From Octopus vulgaris (taxonomy: Eukaryota): a stretch of DNA of 64,000 bases. Under the pieces are notes generated by a model. The model had not been told where the DNA came from. It saw only the letters and a list, made by a program, of their open reading frames with translations, and did not search any database. The position numbers and the translations under genes were made by a program. The first letter of the stretch is position 1, and each line of letters begins with the position of its first letter. Where the stretch lies: positions 50,468,001 through 50,532,000 of the forward strand of contig OX597825.1 in NCBI GenBank assembly GCA_951406725.2. The letters run 5' to 3'. Of this stretch, positions 24,601 through 36,800 are shown piece by piece.

Positions 24601-25398
24601 CCGAGATAAAGTTAGATAAGGTCAGTTTATAGGATTACCCTGAGTTTCACGTCCATAAAGCACTTAGCTTTACAGCATATCATCAGATCCCAGTCCTGTT
24701 TGCCTAAGGCCTCTCTAGCAAGTGGAGGAGGAAAAAACTTCGTTACTCTGTCAGCAACGGGGGGTTGTCTCCCTTTGGCAGTCAATCATAAATGCCCCTG
24801 TTATCGTCTGGTTCCAAATAGGCCAGCAGGAATTTTCTGAAGTGCAAGCATGGTCTGAAGACTTCCATTATGGAGTTAAGGATAGTCCCCGGGTCAAAGG
24901 ACCTTTCGTATCTTTGCCTGCACAGTTTACAATGCTTGGTCTTGTTTTCTAGGATTCTCTATGATATTACATATGAAATTCAGTTGTTTTTCAGCTGCCA
25001 TACATGGCTGGCTAATGATGTAATGTATCTCCTTTCTGCATTTGTGGTTGAAAAAGCATTGCTTGAATGCGTTAGCGAAGCATCCGATGTATCTCCCTGT
25101 TCAAGTGTAGGCAATGTTGAATTTGCTGGTGTTGATGCTGCTGTTGGCGTTGTCGTCACTGCAGGTGGCGATGGTGTTGGTGCTGCTACTACTGGCTTTG
25201 GTAGTGGTGCTCTTGTTGTTATTATCATTGTTGCTGATGGAGGTACTACAGTAGCAGGTTTGACAGTACCAATAGCAACAGCAGCAGAAGCACAAACAGA
25301 ATTAGTAGTAGCACCATTGCCATAAATAACAACATCAACATTAGAAATGGCAGTATCCCTAACGAAAATAACAGCAGAACCATCACCAATGATAAATA
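24600..25398 (-). mobile_element. Penelope-like element (Neptune-type) 3' part with pseudo-LTR
   Basis: Minus strand encodes a Pro/Thr-rich stretch, then TSLASHVWQLKNN*ISY..*RIL..CKLC...ILNS.MEVFRPCLHFRKFLL (C-terminal half of a PLE GIY-YIG endonuclease). HHR at 24631-24691. Abuts (TA)n. Confidence 0.75.
24631..24691 (-). ncRNA. Type-I hammerhead ribozyme, core intact
   Basis: Reverse complement: gggat-CTGATGA-tatgctgtaaagc taagt gctttatggacgt-GAAAC-tcagg-GTA-atcct. Confidence 0.7.
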
Positions 25399-25972
25399 TG
25401 TAGTGATCCTATACAACGGCGCGCGCTCGCGCACCGTCCATTTGTATTTCGCGCGTGCGGGGTTGGTGCTTTCACCACCGGAAGAAGAACCCTTTTGCCT
25501 ACGTAGCAGTTAGCCGAGGCAAGGGGATCGTAAGACGTTGACCACCAGCGTCCAGCAAGCAGCGACTTGAGACAGCAGCGACTTGAGACAGCAGTGACTG
25601 AAGGCGACGGTCACGTATATTTTCTCTCCGTCCGAACTAGATTCTAGCAGCACCTTACCAAAAGGCCTTTAACTAAATTGTTGCAGACCAACATCGTCTC
25701 CATTGTTCGCCGCCATCTTTGACCAGTGTCGTTTTGCATTTGAACACTTTCTTATTTTACAGAGATAAGGTTCAGCACGACACATTTATACCAAAGGGAT
25801 ACCAGATAACCACTTTGTTACTGTTACCACATTAGAGAATAAAGTAGTATATATATCTTTTACGTCTGCGTCTTGTTGTTTCTGACTGGTAGAATTCTGG
25901 ATTATTAAAGCAACGGCTAGTGATTGCCTCTTGTACCCCGAAAGTACAAGAGAAGATATATATTCACTCACA
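25399..25972 (+). mobile_element. Putative solo LTR (CpG-rich)
   Basis: TGTAGTGA...TCACTCACA termini, AATAAA near 25838, internal 16-bp tandem repeat (cagcgacttgagacag) and a sharp CpG increase. No matching TSD. Confidence 0.45.
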
Positions 25973-26569
25973 CTAAGTTCGTTTCAAATATAACAGCAGT
26001 GACAGCACCTCCATCAATGACGATGACCATAACAACATTAGCACCACTACCAAAGTCAGTAGTAGCAGCACAATCACCGTCACCACTTCCAGCGACACTA
26101 ACAATATCAGTACCTACAGCAAAGATAGCAGCAGATTCAACATTGCCAACGGCTGAACACAAAGATACATCAGATGCTCCAGTAACACATTCAAGCAAAG
26201 CCTCTCCTTTCCGGTATCCTCATCTTTGACTCGGAGGAACATCCTTAACTTCAGAACAGATGTCTTCAGACCATGCTTGCACTTCAGGAAATTTCTGCAG
26301 GGTCAAATAGAGAAAACCCCTTGTCATTGACATAGAGTAACGAAGTCTTTTCCTGCTCCATTTTCTAGAAAGGCCATAAGCCAATAAGTCTGGGATCTGA
26401 TGATACATTGTAAAGTTAAATGCTTTATGGACATAAAACCTAGGATAAACCCATAAACCAGCCTTATCTCACTTTATCTGTATAATATACTGCTCTATAA
26501 CGTAGAGTGTGCTTCTATTTCGGATTTATGTTTTACTGACAATTCTGTTGTGGATCTATGTTTTACCGA

Positions 26570-26570
<1 letters not shown>
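25973..26570 (+). mobile_element. Second copy of the same PLE, inverted relative to 24600-25398
   Basis: APLPKSVVAA...STLPTAEHKDTSDAPVTHSSKA and ILNFRTDVFRPCLHFRKFL parallel the left copy. The HHR at 26392-26452 has a mutated core (GAAA to AAAA, GTA to ATA). Abuts (TA)n. Confidence 0.75.
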
Positions 26571-26615
<45 letters not shown>

Positions 26616-27169
26616 CTCTTTTACTTGTTTCAGTTATTTGACTGCAGCCATGCAGGAGCACTGCCTTTAATATATATATTTTGGTAATGCTAAAACTCTA
26701 GAGATGTTTGTGAGTAACCAAATAACCCAGAAACAGTATATTTTTTTTTAATATATTACTTTTCTTACCTTCGGCAGTGCAGTACAAACTTTTGTGATAT
26801 TTGGACCTCCATTTCTTAATGAAAACGATTAAACACTATTTTTGCTTGTTATTTCTTGACGTAAAAAACATGGCTTCCGTGATGTCAACACTCATACACA
26901 CATGCAAAATACACATGCATATAATGAATGTATTGCGTGTCAATCAACACAAACACACGTCCTCTATCTGTGACATATACACACACACACAGTCTTCGCA
27001 CTCTCTACGAAAAAATAACGTCGACATTTTGACGTACATGATATTTTAACCATTTAAAATATTTTAAACTGAACGTGGTTTCAAAAATGTAAGTTGTTTG
27101 TACAGTAAGTATTTATATTTTAGCTTTCTTCAAACAGTTCGTTAGTTTCCGTAAAAAAGTTTTTATTTA

Positions 27170-27532
27170 CTCTTTACTCTTTTACTCTTTTACTTGTTTC
27201 AGTCATTTGACTGCGGCCATGCTGGAGCACCACCTTTAGTCGAGCAAATCGAACCCGGGACTTGTTCTTTGTAAGCCCAGTACTTATTCTATCGGTCTCT
27301 TGGTTGTCAAGCAATGCTAGAGAGACAAACACAGACACACACATCCACATATATATATATATACATATATACGACAGGCTTCTTTCAATTTCCGTCTACC
27401 AAATCCACTCACAAGGCATTGGTCGGCCCGAGGCTATAGCAGAAGACACTTGCCCAAGATGCCACGCAGTGGGACTGAACCCGGAACCATGTGGTTGGTT
27501 AGCAAGCTACTTACCACACAGCCACTCCTGCG
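27170..27532 (-). mobile_element. SINE family A, young copy
   Basis: CpG-rich. Reverse-complement head gcaggagtggctgtgtggtaagtagcttgct...ccgggttcagtccc (A/B-box-like); tail (gtaaaaga)n. Confidence 0.9.
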
Positions 27533-27716
27533 CTTTTGTTTTAAAGTAAAAGAAGAGAAAGTGAAAGATGTATGTACGTGTATATGAAATGGAGAGAGGA
27601 AGAGAGAGAGAGTGAGTGAGTGAAGGGCTGTGTTGCCATCCGTACACACATTAATACATATGCATACATCTTTTTGTATGTACGTGTGCATGTGTGTGTT
27701 AGAGAGAGAGAGAGAT

Positions 27717-27747
<31 letters not shown>

Positions 27748-28239
27748 GAAAATGAGTGGACGTGTGTGTCTTCATGTATAGGTAAGTGGCTCTCTCTCTC
27801 TCACACACACACACAAGCACATATACACACACACACATGTCCATACACGTTCATACATCTTTCACTTTAAAACAAAAGTAAATAAATAAAAATTATTTGT
27901 GGAAATTAACGAACAAAACCAGCTGATCTGGATGGCAGTTCTAAGAGTCAAAGTGAAAGATCGCTAAAAGGGAATACCGTTCCAAAAAAGTTTTCGAGTG
28001 CATTCAAGCTCCAAAGATTTCGCTGCTATTTCTAGCACACCCTGCAACCACGTAACAGATTTGCAATAAAGAAGCTGAAATACCTGTTACGTGGTTGCAG
28101 GGCATGTAAGAAATAGCGGCCAAATCTTTCCTTTTCTGGGGAAAGGAGTCGTTTACACGTTATTTCGATGTTGCATTTGTTGAAAGTATGCGAATTTCGC
28201 ATACCTGAAAAAGAAAAAAAAACCCAAGAAACAAAACTC

Positions 28240-28295
28240 CGTTACTGGGAAACTCGGACTTTTCAGGTGACCCAACGGGTCATGAGTAGTCTAGT
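28240..28295 (+). mobile_element. Helitron-type 3' terminus
   Basis: Hairpin gtgaccc-aac-gggtcat, then 7 nt and CTAG (28291-28294) followed by T. Confidence 0.65.
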
Positions 28296-28304
28296 TCATA
28301 TATA

Positions 28305-30520
28305 TATAGCTAAAGATCAATTGAAGGATACATCATTCTACCAATAAATACCCTCAGGTACTGAACACCGCATCATGAAGAAACTCAATTATTTAGTCTT
28401 ACAATATTATAACTCTTTCACTCCTAATGAAAGGGATTATGTTACCAATTTTGAGTCAAAATCCAGCAACTTCTATGGCATTCCTAAAAGTCAGAAGAAA
28501 TACAAAATGCTATAAAAAAAACAAGGTAGTGAATATATAAAACTACTACAACCAGAAGAGCTTAAACTAAGACCCATTATAGCTCTTCCAGCCTGAGCAA
28601 CATCATTGACATTATCCGAAAACCACTATGTAGTCACATACTCAGTTTCATTTGGGATGACATTGATTTCCTGTCACATCTGTCCAAAACAACAGAATCC
28701 AATTGACTATTTGCTAGTTTTGAAGTAACAAACTTATATACGAGTATTCCATGGGATTTGGGAATTACTGCCATAAAATTTTGGTCGAGGAACAAAGAGA
28801 AGTGATCCCCAGTAGACATACTGTATCCTTCATACGAGACATGGTCAGCCACATCATCGAAAATAATACATTCTTTTCAACGGTAAAAACTACCTCTGAA
28901 TTCAAGGCACAGCTATGGGGATGCGATTTGCCCCAGTTTTTGTGAATTCAGTATTGGGATACTTGGAACAAGACCTATATCATAAAATTGAAGAAATCTA
29001 CGGTATGATCTTTAGAAGGCATATAGAGGACAAATGGCAAAGATACCTCGATGATTGTTTCCTCCTTTGGACCAAATCCTTAGACACACAATAACCATTT
29101 CATGATGTAATGGTATTTAAAAACAACACCATATCCATTACAAAAGTACAGATACACACCGTTACCTAAATTTCACATCATGTCACCCAACACGCACAAA
29201 ACACACCATCTTATACTGCCTTACCAGGAAAATTTGTACTATAGTAGATGATCCAAATAGAGAAACACACAACTTAGAGCTCAAAGTATTTCTGCTCAAG
29301 CAAAAATACCCTGTCCTACTTATAAAAAATAGCATACTGTGAGCAAAAGAGATACCTATAGAACAACTTAGAGCAACATGAGAAAGACGACCCCTTCAAA
29401 GGAACTCAATACCATTTCTAGTAACACAATCTGCATCACCAAAACATTTTTAACATCATCAAGACAAATTTGCCAGTCATAAAAAAGTGAAAAATTAAAA
29501 AAAAACATAATAATTAATCAAACACTTAAGCAGAAGGCAACCACATAACCTAAAGAAACTATTAACATAGGCAAAATTCGACATGAACATATGGGATAAA
29601 ACATTCTCAGTATTCAAGTGTAATGATAACAGATGTGGAACGTGTCAGTATATGCATACTGGTAGTTCAATTTGAATAAAAGATGGACAGATTTTCACAA
29701 ATACAGATGTGAACTGCGAAAGCAGAAATTTGATCTATTGCATTAAATGCCCTAATTGCGAGGAACTATATATTGGTGAGACAGGTATTGCATTACTAGA
29801 ATGTTCATGAGTTCACAGACAACAAATCCGGAACACTAATGTTCGTCAAATTTCATTGCGCGAACATATAAAAATTATGTGGTCAGAAAATGTTTCTAAT
29901 TTTTCTTTTCCACAAACTACATGACACAAGTGAGGTTGGAAGGAAGATAAAAGAAAACCGCTTCATTAAAATGTTCAAATCTGTTCTGAACGGAAATAAA
30001 AACAATAATATAACAACCAGTTAATGATGTGGATTAAAAATATCTTTAACATATGAATATAAACAAATTATAGAAGACTCCCACTGATTGAAATAAAAAC
30101 GATCGAAACCAACTAAGTTTGTTCACTCGTAAAACCATTACATGTAAATCACGAACTAACTGGTTAAAATAAAAGCGAGATCTATGCCAGTAATATTGGT
30201 GCACCCAAGAAACTGTGATATTTAAGCTTCTTGCTGATTGGTCAAAACTGTATTCAAAACAACTTGCCATAGCCTTCTAAGAGGTATAAAAATAAAACGT
30301 CAGTCATTTTACTACAGTTGTCAAGCACTCAACTCAAATACAATTTGAGAGCGCTCAAGTCAATACATTTTGAAATCTGATGATTACTATGAACGTATTA
30401 AAGTGCTAATTGAACTTTATGAACATTACTAAATATTCTTTTTTATGTAAAAAAAATGTTTTTAAAATACAATAATAAATAAAGCATGCAAACCAGACCA
30501 TGTTGTAACTTTATTCAGCT
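28305..30520 (+). mobile_element. Decayed Penelope-like retroelement (RT + GIY-YIG)
   Basis: SNFYGIPK, LRPII, FEVTNLYTSIP, GTAMGMRFAP, WQRYLDDCFLLW, YLNFTSCHP, CNDNRCGTCQY and NLIYCIKCPNCEELYIGETG. Frameshifted; TA runs at both ends. Confidence 0.9.
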
Positions 30521-30691
30521 TTATATATATGTATATAGATATAGATATATATAAAGCGCGATTTATTTGTAATCAGAGGCGTTTGTAAACCGAGGTATTA
30601 CTGTATTAAATGAATATGAGAAACACAGGAGATAAAGTACGATTTATTTATGATCAGTGCTGTTCGAAAACCGAGATTCTACTGTATGTAT

Positions 30692-30734
<43 letters not shown>

Positions 30735-30757
30735 TGTGTGTGTGAATTTATGTATAT

Positions 30758-31870
30758 ACTAGACTACTTGTGACCCAATGGGTCACCTGAAAAGTCTGAG
30801 TTTCCCAACAATTTTCGGCGACAGAGAATACGAATCCGCAAAAAAATTGGCAAAAATCGGCATTTTGAAATTACCCCTCTACCCGCTAAATTCTTCATTT
30901 TTAACTTTTTAAATGTTTTTGTTCTTTTCAAAATGTGCTGGAAAATACGGAGATTATGATTGTGAAAAAAATTTCCAAAAATATTTGTAAAATTGTTTTT
31001 TCGCAATTTTTTTTTGTCAAAATATGCGGGATTATGATTCTGGAAAAAATTTCCAAAAATTTTTCTCCTTAGGGTTAGAGTTTTAGGGTTAGGGTTGGGG
31101 ATTGAGGGTTAGGATTAGGGTTTTAGGGTTAGGGTTGGGGTTTTAAGATTAGGATTAGGGTTTTAGGGTTAAGGTTTTAGGGTTAAGGTTTTAGGGTTAA
31201 GGTTTTAGGGTTAGGGTTACAGAAAAAGTGAAAAATGAAGAAATTTGGGGTGGGGTGGGGGTAAGGGAGCAAGAAATTTCGAAATTCCAATTTTTGGCAA
31301 TTTTCCGGACTCTCCGTATCTGAAAATGGGGAGTTTTGGCAAAAAAATTTTAAAAACAATAATTTGCGAGAAAATGGGGGTGGGGGACGGGAGGAAGTCT
31401 TTCTGAGAGCCACTTACACATACATGACAACACACATTCACACCTCTCTCTCTTTGTCTCTCTCTTCACACACACATGCATACGCACATACAAAAAAGAT
31501 GTATGCATATATACATGACAACAACCTTCCTTCTCACACTCTCTGTATCTCTTTCTTTTCACACACACATCCATTCCATACATACGTCTTCCCTTTCTCC
31601 TTACACATTACACATAACCAACACATGTTCCGTTCTTACTCTCTCTGCGGCCACATCTGAGTGGTTGAGGGAAACTATGTGTAATATGTTTGCACAAGAT
31701 AAGTCCCGCGGTTGACTAGGCGGTGCTAGCAGCGCGTCAAATGACTGAAACAAGTAAAGAAAAAAATTTAAAATACTTTGAAGCTAAATATAGATACTTA
31801 CTACAACAACTTAATTTTGAAATATTCAGTTAAAAATTTCTAAATGGTTAAAATATTTTATCAAAAGTTC
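30758..31870 (-). mobile_element. Non-autonomous Helitron-like element containing a telomere-like array
   Basis: Reverse-complement 3' end gtgaccc-att-gggtcac-aagtagt-CTAG|T, same family as 28240-28295. Internal ~45-bp direct repeat. The distal part (31770-31870) is the inverted counterpart of 27040-27130. 5' boundary uncertain. Confidence 0.55.
31069..31219 (+). repeat. Interstitial degenerate TTAGGG array
   Basis: TTAGGG, TTTTAGGG, TTAAGG and TTGGGG units, with a higher-order 14-mer (ggttttagggttaa). Confidence 0.85.
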
Positions 31871-31936
31871 TCTCTCTCACACATACACATGTATCTATAT
31901 TTTATCTGACATACACTTGTGTGTGTGTGTGTGTGT

Positions 31937-31978
<42 letters not shown>

Positions 31979-33669
31979 ACCATCATCATATTTTTACATC
32001 TGCTTTCCATACGCAGCTACTTTTTGAGTTACATCTAGTCACACTGAAGTAGCATGCCTCGTTCATTATTTTCATTTTGGCATTTGGTTTCTATACCTGG
32101 ATGCCATTACTGCACCAACCAATTCAAAGAATGCATTTAGTGCATTTTATTTTGTCACCAACTTTGGTGGGCTGACTTTTATCTCATAAGATTAAAGAGA
32201 CTTTATTATTTTATGATGTGCTCATTCTCTGAAATTTTTCTTCTAAATTCTCTTCACCTTCTCAATGTGGTGCTTTAATTTTTCCTTTCCTTTTTGTCAC
32301 AAATAAATAATGGATTTACCGATTCAAAACTGAAAGGTTGCTTCATGATTTCCTTCTTCTTCAGCTAATTTCAGTATTCAGAGCTGTTCTCCAGAGTGTT
32401 GATGCTTGAAAGCATTCTGGGGTTAATATTGTGGTAACCTGTGAACAAGTCAGTGTGCAATAATTTCCATGAAACAACGAATATGTGACATGAGTTCTGC
32501 ATTTTCAAAGTAAACTACATATTTAAAAGACTGTAGCTATAGCCATCCAACCAAATGTGCATGTTGACAATATCCTCGTTTCAAATGTGGAATGTCCATT
32601 TGCAGCACTTTCACCAAAGTAGACTTACCTCATTAATGCACAGCTGCAAGAACTTGTTACCAAGAACAAATGCTATAAAGTTGTTTTTACAAAATCCTTT
32701 TTATTGCTTAACATTTCATAAAAACTGAAGTGGAGAGAAGCAGTTAAAGAGAAGAAAAATTAAAATGTCACCACTTCTGTGATACACTGCATCCAACAGA
32801 TTCAAATTAAAAATTTGTACATGTTTACAATGTGTGCAATGTATAATATATATAATGTACAGTATCATGTATATAATATATAGACTTATATACAACATAT
32901 GTAATGTGTATAATATACAGAACTATGTGGTGTACATATGTGTGTGTGTGTGTGTATGCATATAATATACAAACTCATTTGTAAGACATATTAGGTAATT
33001 TTGAAGATAAAATGTGATTTTTACAATGCATTTACGTAATTGTAAATATGGCATACACAAACGTGTGTGTGTGTGTATAGATAGATATAGATAGATAGAT
33101 AGATAGATAGATCACAAACACATATTTATTAGAGCATGCATATATGTATATTGAGTATTGATAAATTAGTGAGGTATAGAATAAAACTTATTGCTGGCTT
33201 GATACACTGAGATTTACACACACAGTCACACACACACACACACACACATATAAATCACACATAAACTTATAAATTAGTGAAACAAATGTTAAGATTATAT
33301 CTGTTTTGATTCACGGATAAACACTTACATACACATTCACCCACGTATGTGTGTGTGTGTGAGAATATTTGTGTGATTCTATGTATGTATATGCAAATAT
33401 ATATTTATGCCATATGTCTGTGTTTAGATGTGTGCATGTGTGTGTGTCTGTGTATGCACATGTACATATATAATGTATATGTAAGAAATATATGTATATA
33501 AAAGTCCTTTTTTGGATGGTGGATTTCCAAGCAGAAAATCTATAAATAGTAGTGTGTAAATATTGGGTTAGAAAGCTCTTTGAACATAAAAAGTTGAAGG
33601 CTGCCCATGTAAACATGAACTCATATCTTCTGTGATAGGCATTATACATACAAACATACTTCTATTGTT

Positions 33670-34040
33670 GGCCTGGCTGTGTGGTAAGAAGTTTACTTCT
33701 TAACCCTTTCGTTACCAACCCGGCTGAAACCGGCTCTGGCTCTTTAATATACATGTCTTGTTTCCATAAGTTTTTAATTAAAATCTTCCACCAAACCTTA
33801 TTCGCAATTTATGTTCCTAACACTAGCTGAATGATAACAAAGTTATTTTATTAAATTCTTTGTTATATTTAAAATAATTGAAAGAAACACAGAGCATCAC
33901 AAAATAAATTCAGTAATGAAAGGGTTAAACACATAGTGCTTAGTATCTCTGGCAAATATCTTCTACTATGGCCTGGGCTGCATAAAGCCTTGTGAGTGAA
34001 TTTTGTTGTCAGAAACTGAAAGAAGCCTGCCATATTTATA
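33670..34040 (+). mobile_element. SINE family A head interrupted by a MITE
   Basis: ggcctggctgtgtggtaagaag...[MITE]...ttctactatggcctgggc...aaactgaaagaagcc. Confidence 0.7.
33704..33924. mobile_element. piggyBac-type MITE
   Basis: TTAA duplication at 33700-33703 and 33925-33928; TIRs ccctttcgttac / gtaatgaaaggg. Confidence 0.8.
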
Positions 34041-34535
34041 TGAGCATATATATGAATGTTTGAGCTAAATTTGATGATTTTTTAATGTTTTCTATTTTCA
34101 AGAACAGCTTGATACATTGATGAACAGTCAACGGAGTTGGAGAGTGTAAAGATTAAAGTTGTAGTGTAGAAAAAGTTAACTGATTTGGAGGGCTGGGAGC
34201 CAGCTGAATATTGGAGAAGAGTTACCTGTATCATGATGATTCATGCTGGGTATCAAAATACCATCATCATCATTCCTACTCAATGCTCTGTGAACACTGT
34301 AAGGGCTGTAAGACTTACAACAGAGAATATGAAGCTGTGGCCAACAGGAATGGACACAGTAGACATTCTGATTGCATCAGCAAACTGAAATTCATCCAAC
34401 AACTGCAGAATAAGGTGATGGAAGGTCTGAGCAAAAGAATTTGGGTTTTGATATGAGAAATGAGCGTGACCCTGAATGATGACCTTCACTAATATTTGTA
34501 CAAGAGACACAAATTTTATGCAACTTTCTATATAC

Positions 34536-34851
34536 TAGAAATGTAGTCTACAGCATAAGATGCAAAAAAGGTGCTTGTAAAGACATGAACATGACATACA
34601 TAGGGGAGACATCTAGGAGCATTGCGGAAAGACTAAATGAACATTTGAGACAATATGACAACAAAAAACAGTCCTCTATACTCTACCAACACACAAAGAC
34701 CAATTTGGAGGCAACCTGGGTCAACTTGACATCCACATTTTATCCAAGCACCCAAAGGAACCAACACTCAGACAAATACAGGAATACAGGTGTACAGGAG
34801 TATGTCCTCATAAATGAAACATCCCCAGCACTAAATAGGAAATATATGTAG
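34536..34851 (+). mobile_element. PLE GIY-YIG endonuclease remnant
   Basis: RNVVYSIRCKKGACKDMNMTYIGETSRSIAERLNEH...SILYQH...P.LN.K. Confidence 0.8.
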
Positions 34852-35604
34852 TAGATAATCACCCCCCCATAACTACAGTTTATATTTATATACAGGTAGA
34901 ATAGTTAGTGGACTGTTATGTAAATAGATGTATGTGTGTGTATATGTGTATATGTATATGCACATGTATGTAGGCATATGGATATGAAAATAGACAGATA
35001 GGTATATAGGCTATATGAACAGACAAGCACACATACATACACATACACCAATGAAGGCTGAAAAACATGACCATATACGCACACAATTCACTTCACACAA
35101 GAACACATATGGAGACATGCCCACACATATGGAGATACACATCCATATATACAGACACAGTACATAGTCACAAAAACCCATACATACACACACACTCACA
35201 CACACACAGGCGCACACACACATGCAAACATACACATAAAAACACAAACATGAAAACACAACACATGAATATGCAGAATACATACATACAAATATATACA
35301 CATGCATATATACATACACACATGCACACATACATACATGCATTCACACACTTGCATGCATGCTTACATAAATGCATACATACATACAGACATGTGTATG
35401 CGCACATGCACTGACCCACACACATGCACACAAACAAACAAAAAGAATGCAGCTTGAATAATGGACAGTCAACAACTATTGAAAAGGTTGCAAGATGCAA
35501 TGAAAATTTTAGGAAAATCAATAAGTAAATGAGTGGAAATTTTACCAGTGAGTCTGTTAAATTAAAACATAAAAAAAAAATAAAAACATTTACCCTCTTG
35601 AAAA

Positions 35605-36230
35605 TAGAGGGTAAATGTTTTTATCTTTCATTCCCTTTCGAAATTACCCCTAATAGTGCTTTGGAGTTTAATTACTCCTTCTAGCGGGTCAGATGTCCTG
35701 TTTTAGCCATCTCTGATATGTTTAAATGTTCACTGTATTTTTATATGAATAATATATAGTCTATTGACTAGTTTTTTTCTTCTCACAAGACCACTGGTAG
35801 CAAAAAAATTTTCTTAATTTTTTTTTTGCTACCCTAGAATTTAATAATGATATAATGATTTTTGGCTAATTTTGGAAGAAAATCAGCATTTTTTGTATTT
35901 GCTGCTGATAAAAAACAGCACTTCCACGGTGGATTTTGAAAAATTATAACATGTAAACACGAGGCATGTTCTATATCACCTCGTCTTTATATGTTAATCT
36001 TGGCTTTCTTACTGACGAGAGCTTCGCTAAGTAAATTATTTTATTTGCTGAAGATATCTTGAAACCATGGTATAGGAAATAAAGGGTAAATGTTTTTATT
36101 TTCAATTCCCTTTCGAAATTACTCCTAATAGTGGTTAGCAATTTAACTACCCCTTCTAGCAGGTCAGATATCCTGTTATGGCCATCTCTTATGAGTTTAA
36201 ATGTACACTGTATTTTTATACATATATATA
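35605..36230. repeat. Two diverged ~140-bp direct repeats (~35608-35746 and ~36083-36220)
   Basis: Both read agggtaaatgtttttat...ttccctttcgaaattac...ggtcagat.tcctgtt...gtttaaatgt.cactgtatttttata. Confidence 0.75.
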
Positions 36231-36244
36231 TATATATATTCCAA

Positions 36245-36800
36245 GAGTGTAATGGGTGCTTTTTACTTGCCACTGGTACAGGTGCTTTTATGTGCTTCCA
36301 GCATAAGTGCCAGTCACATGACACCAGCATCAGCTACGACTATAATTTCACTTAGCTTGACGAATCTTCTCAATCACAGCATATCACCAAATGCCCCAGT
36401 CACTTGTCATCATCTCCATGAGGTTCAACATTCAAAGATCATGCTTCACCACCTCATTAAATGCTTTCTTGATTCTACCTTTACCATGAGGTTCAACATT
36501 CAAAGATCATGCTTCACCACCTCATTAAATGCTTTCTTGATTCTACCTTTACCACAGGTTCCCTCCACAGTTAGAGACTGGTACTTCTTCTTTACACAGT
36601 TGTCTTCATCCATACACATCACACGACCACACCAGCACAGTCATCTCTCTTGCACACCACATCTGATGTCTCTGGTGCCTACTTTCTTCTCAAGATGTTC
36701 ACACTCTCTTGTACATGCACACTGACATTGCACATCCAGTGAGGCATACTAGTTTCATTTCTTTCAAATTTGTGCATTCCACAGCGGTCACAGCCTATAC
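36245..36800 (-). mobile_element. RTE LINE 3' fragment with a perfect 68-bp tandem duplication
   Basis: Reverse complement is collinear with 16620-16980. Duplicated units start at 36416 and 36484. Confidence 0.8.

Noticed and set aside
24870-25325. 151-aa plus-strand Val/Ala/Gly-rich ORF
   Set aside because: It is the antisense shadow of the PLE Pro/Thr-rich frame.
27460-27532. tRNA-like A/B boxes
   Set aside because: These are SINE heads, with no complete cloverleaf.
30377-30420. CTGATGA at the PLE 3' end (similar weak candidates at ~12530 and ~61003)
   Set aside because: The remaining hammerhead core or stems could not be assembled convincingly.
32317-32438. Minus-strand exon-like segment (also 41150-41433) with good splice sites
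   Set aside because: Stops occur in all three frames; these could be non-coding exons but cannot be supported without RNA data.
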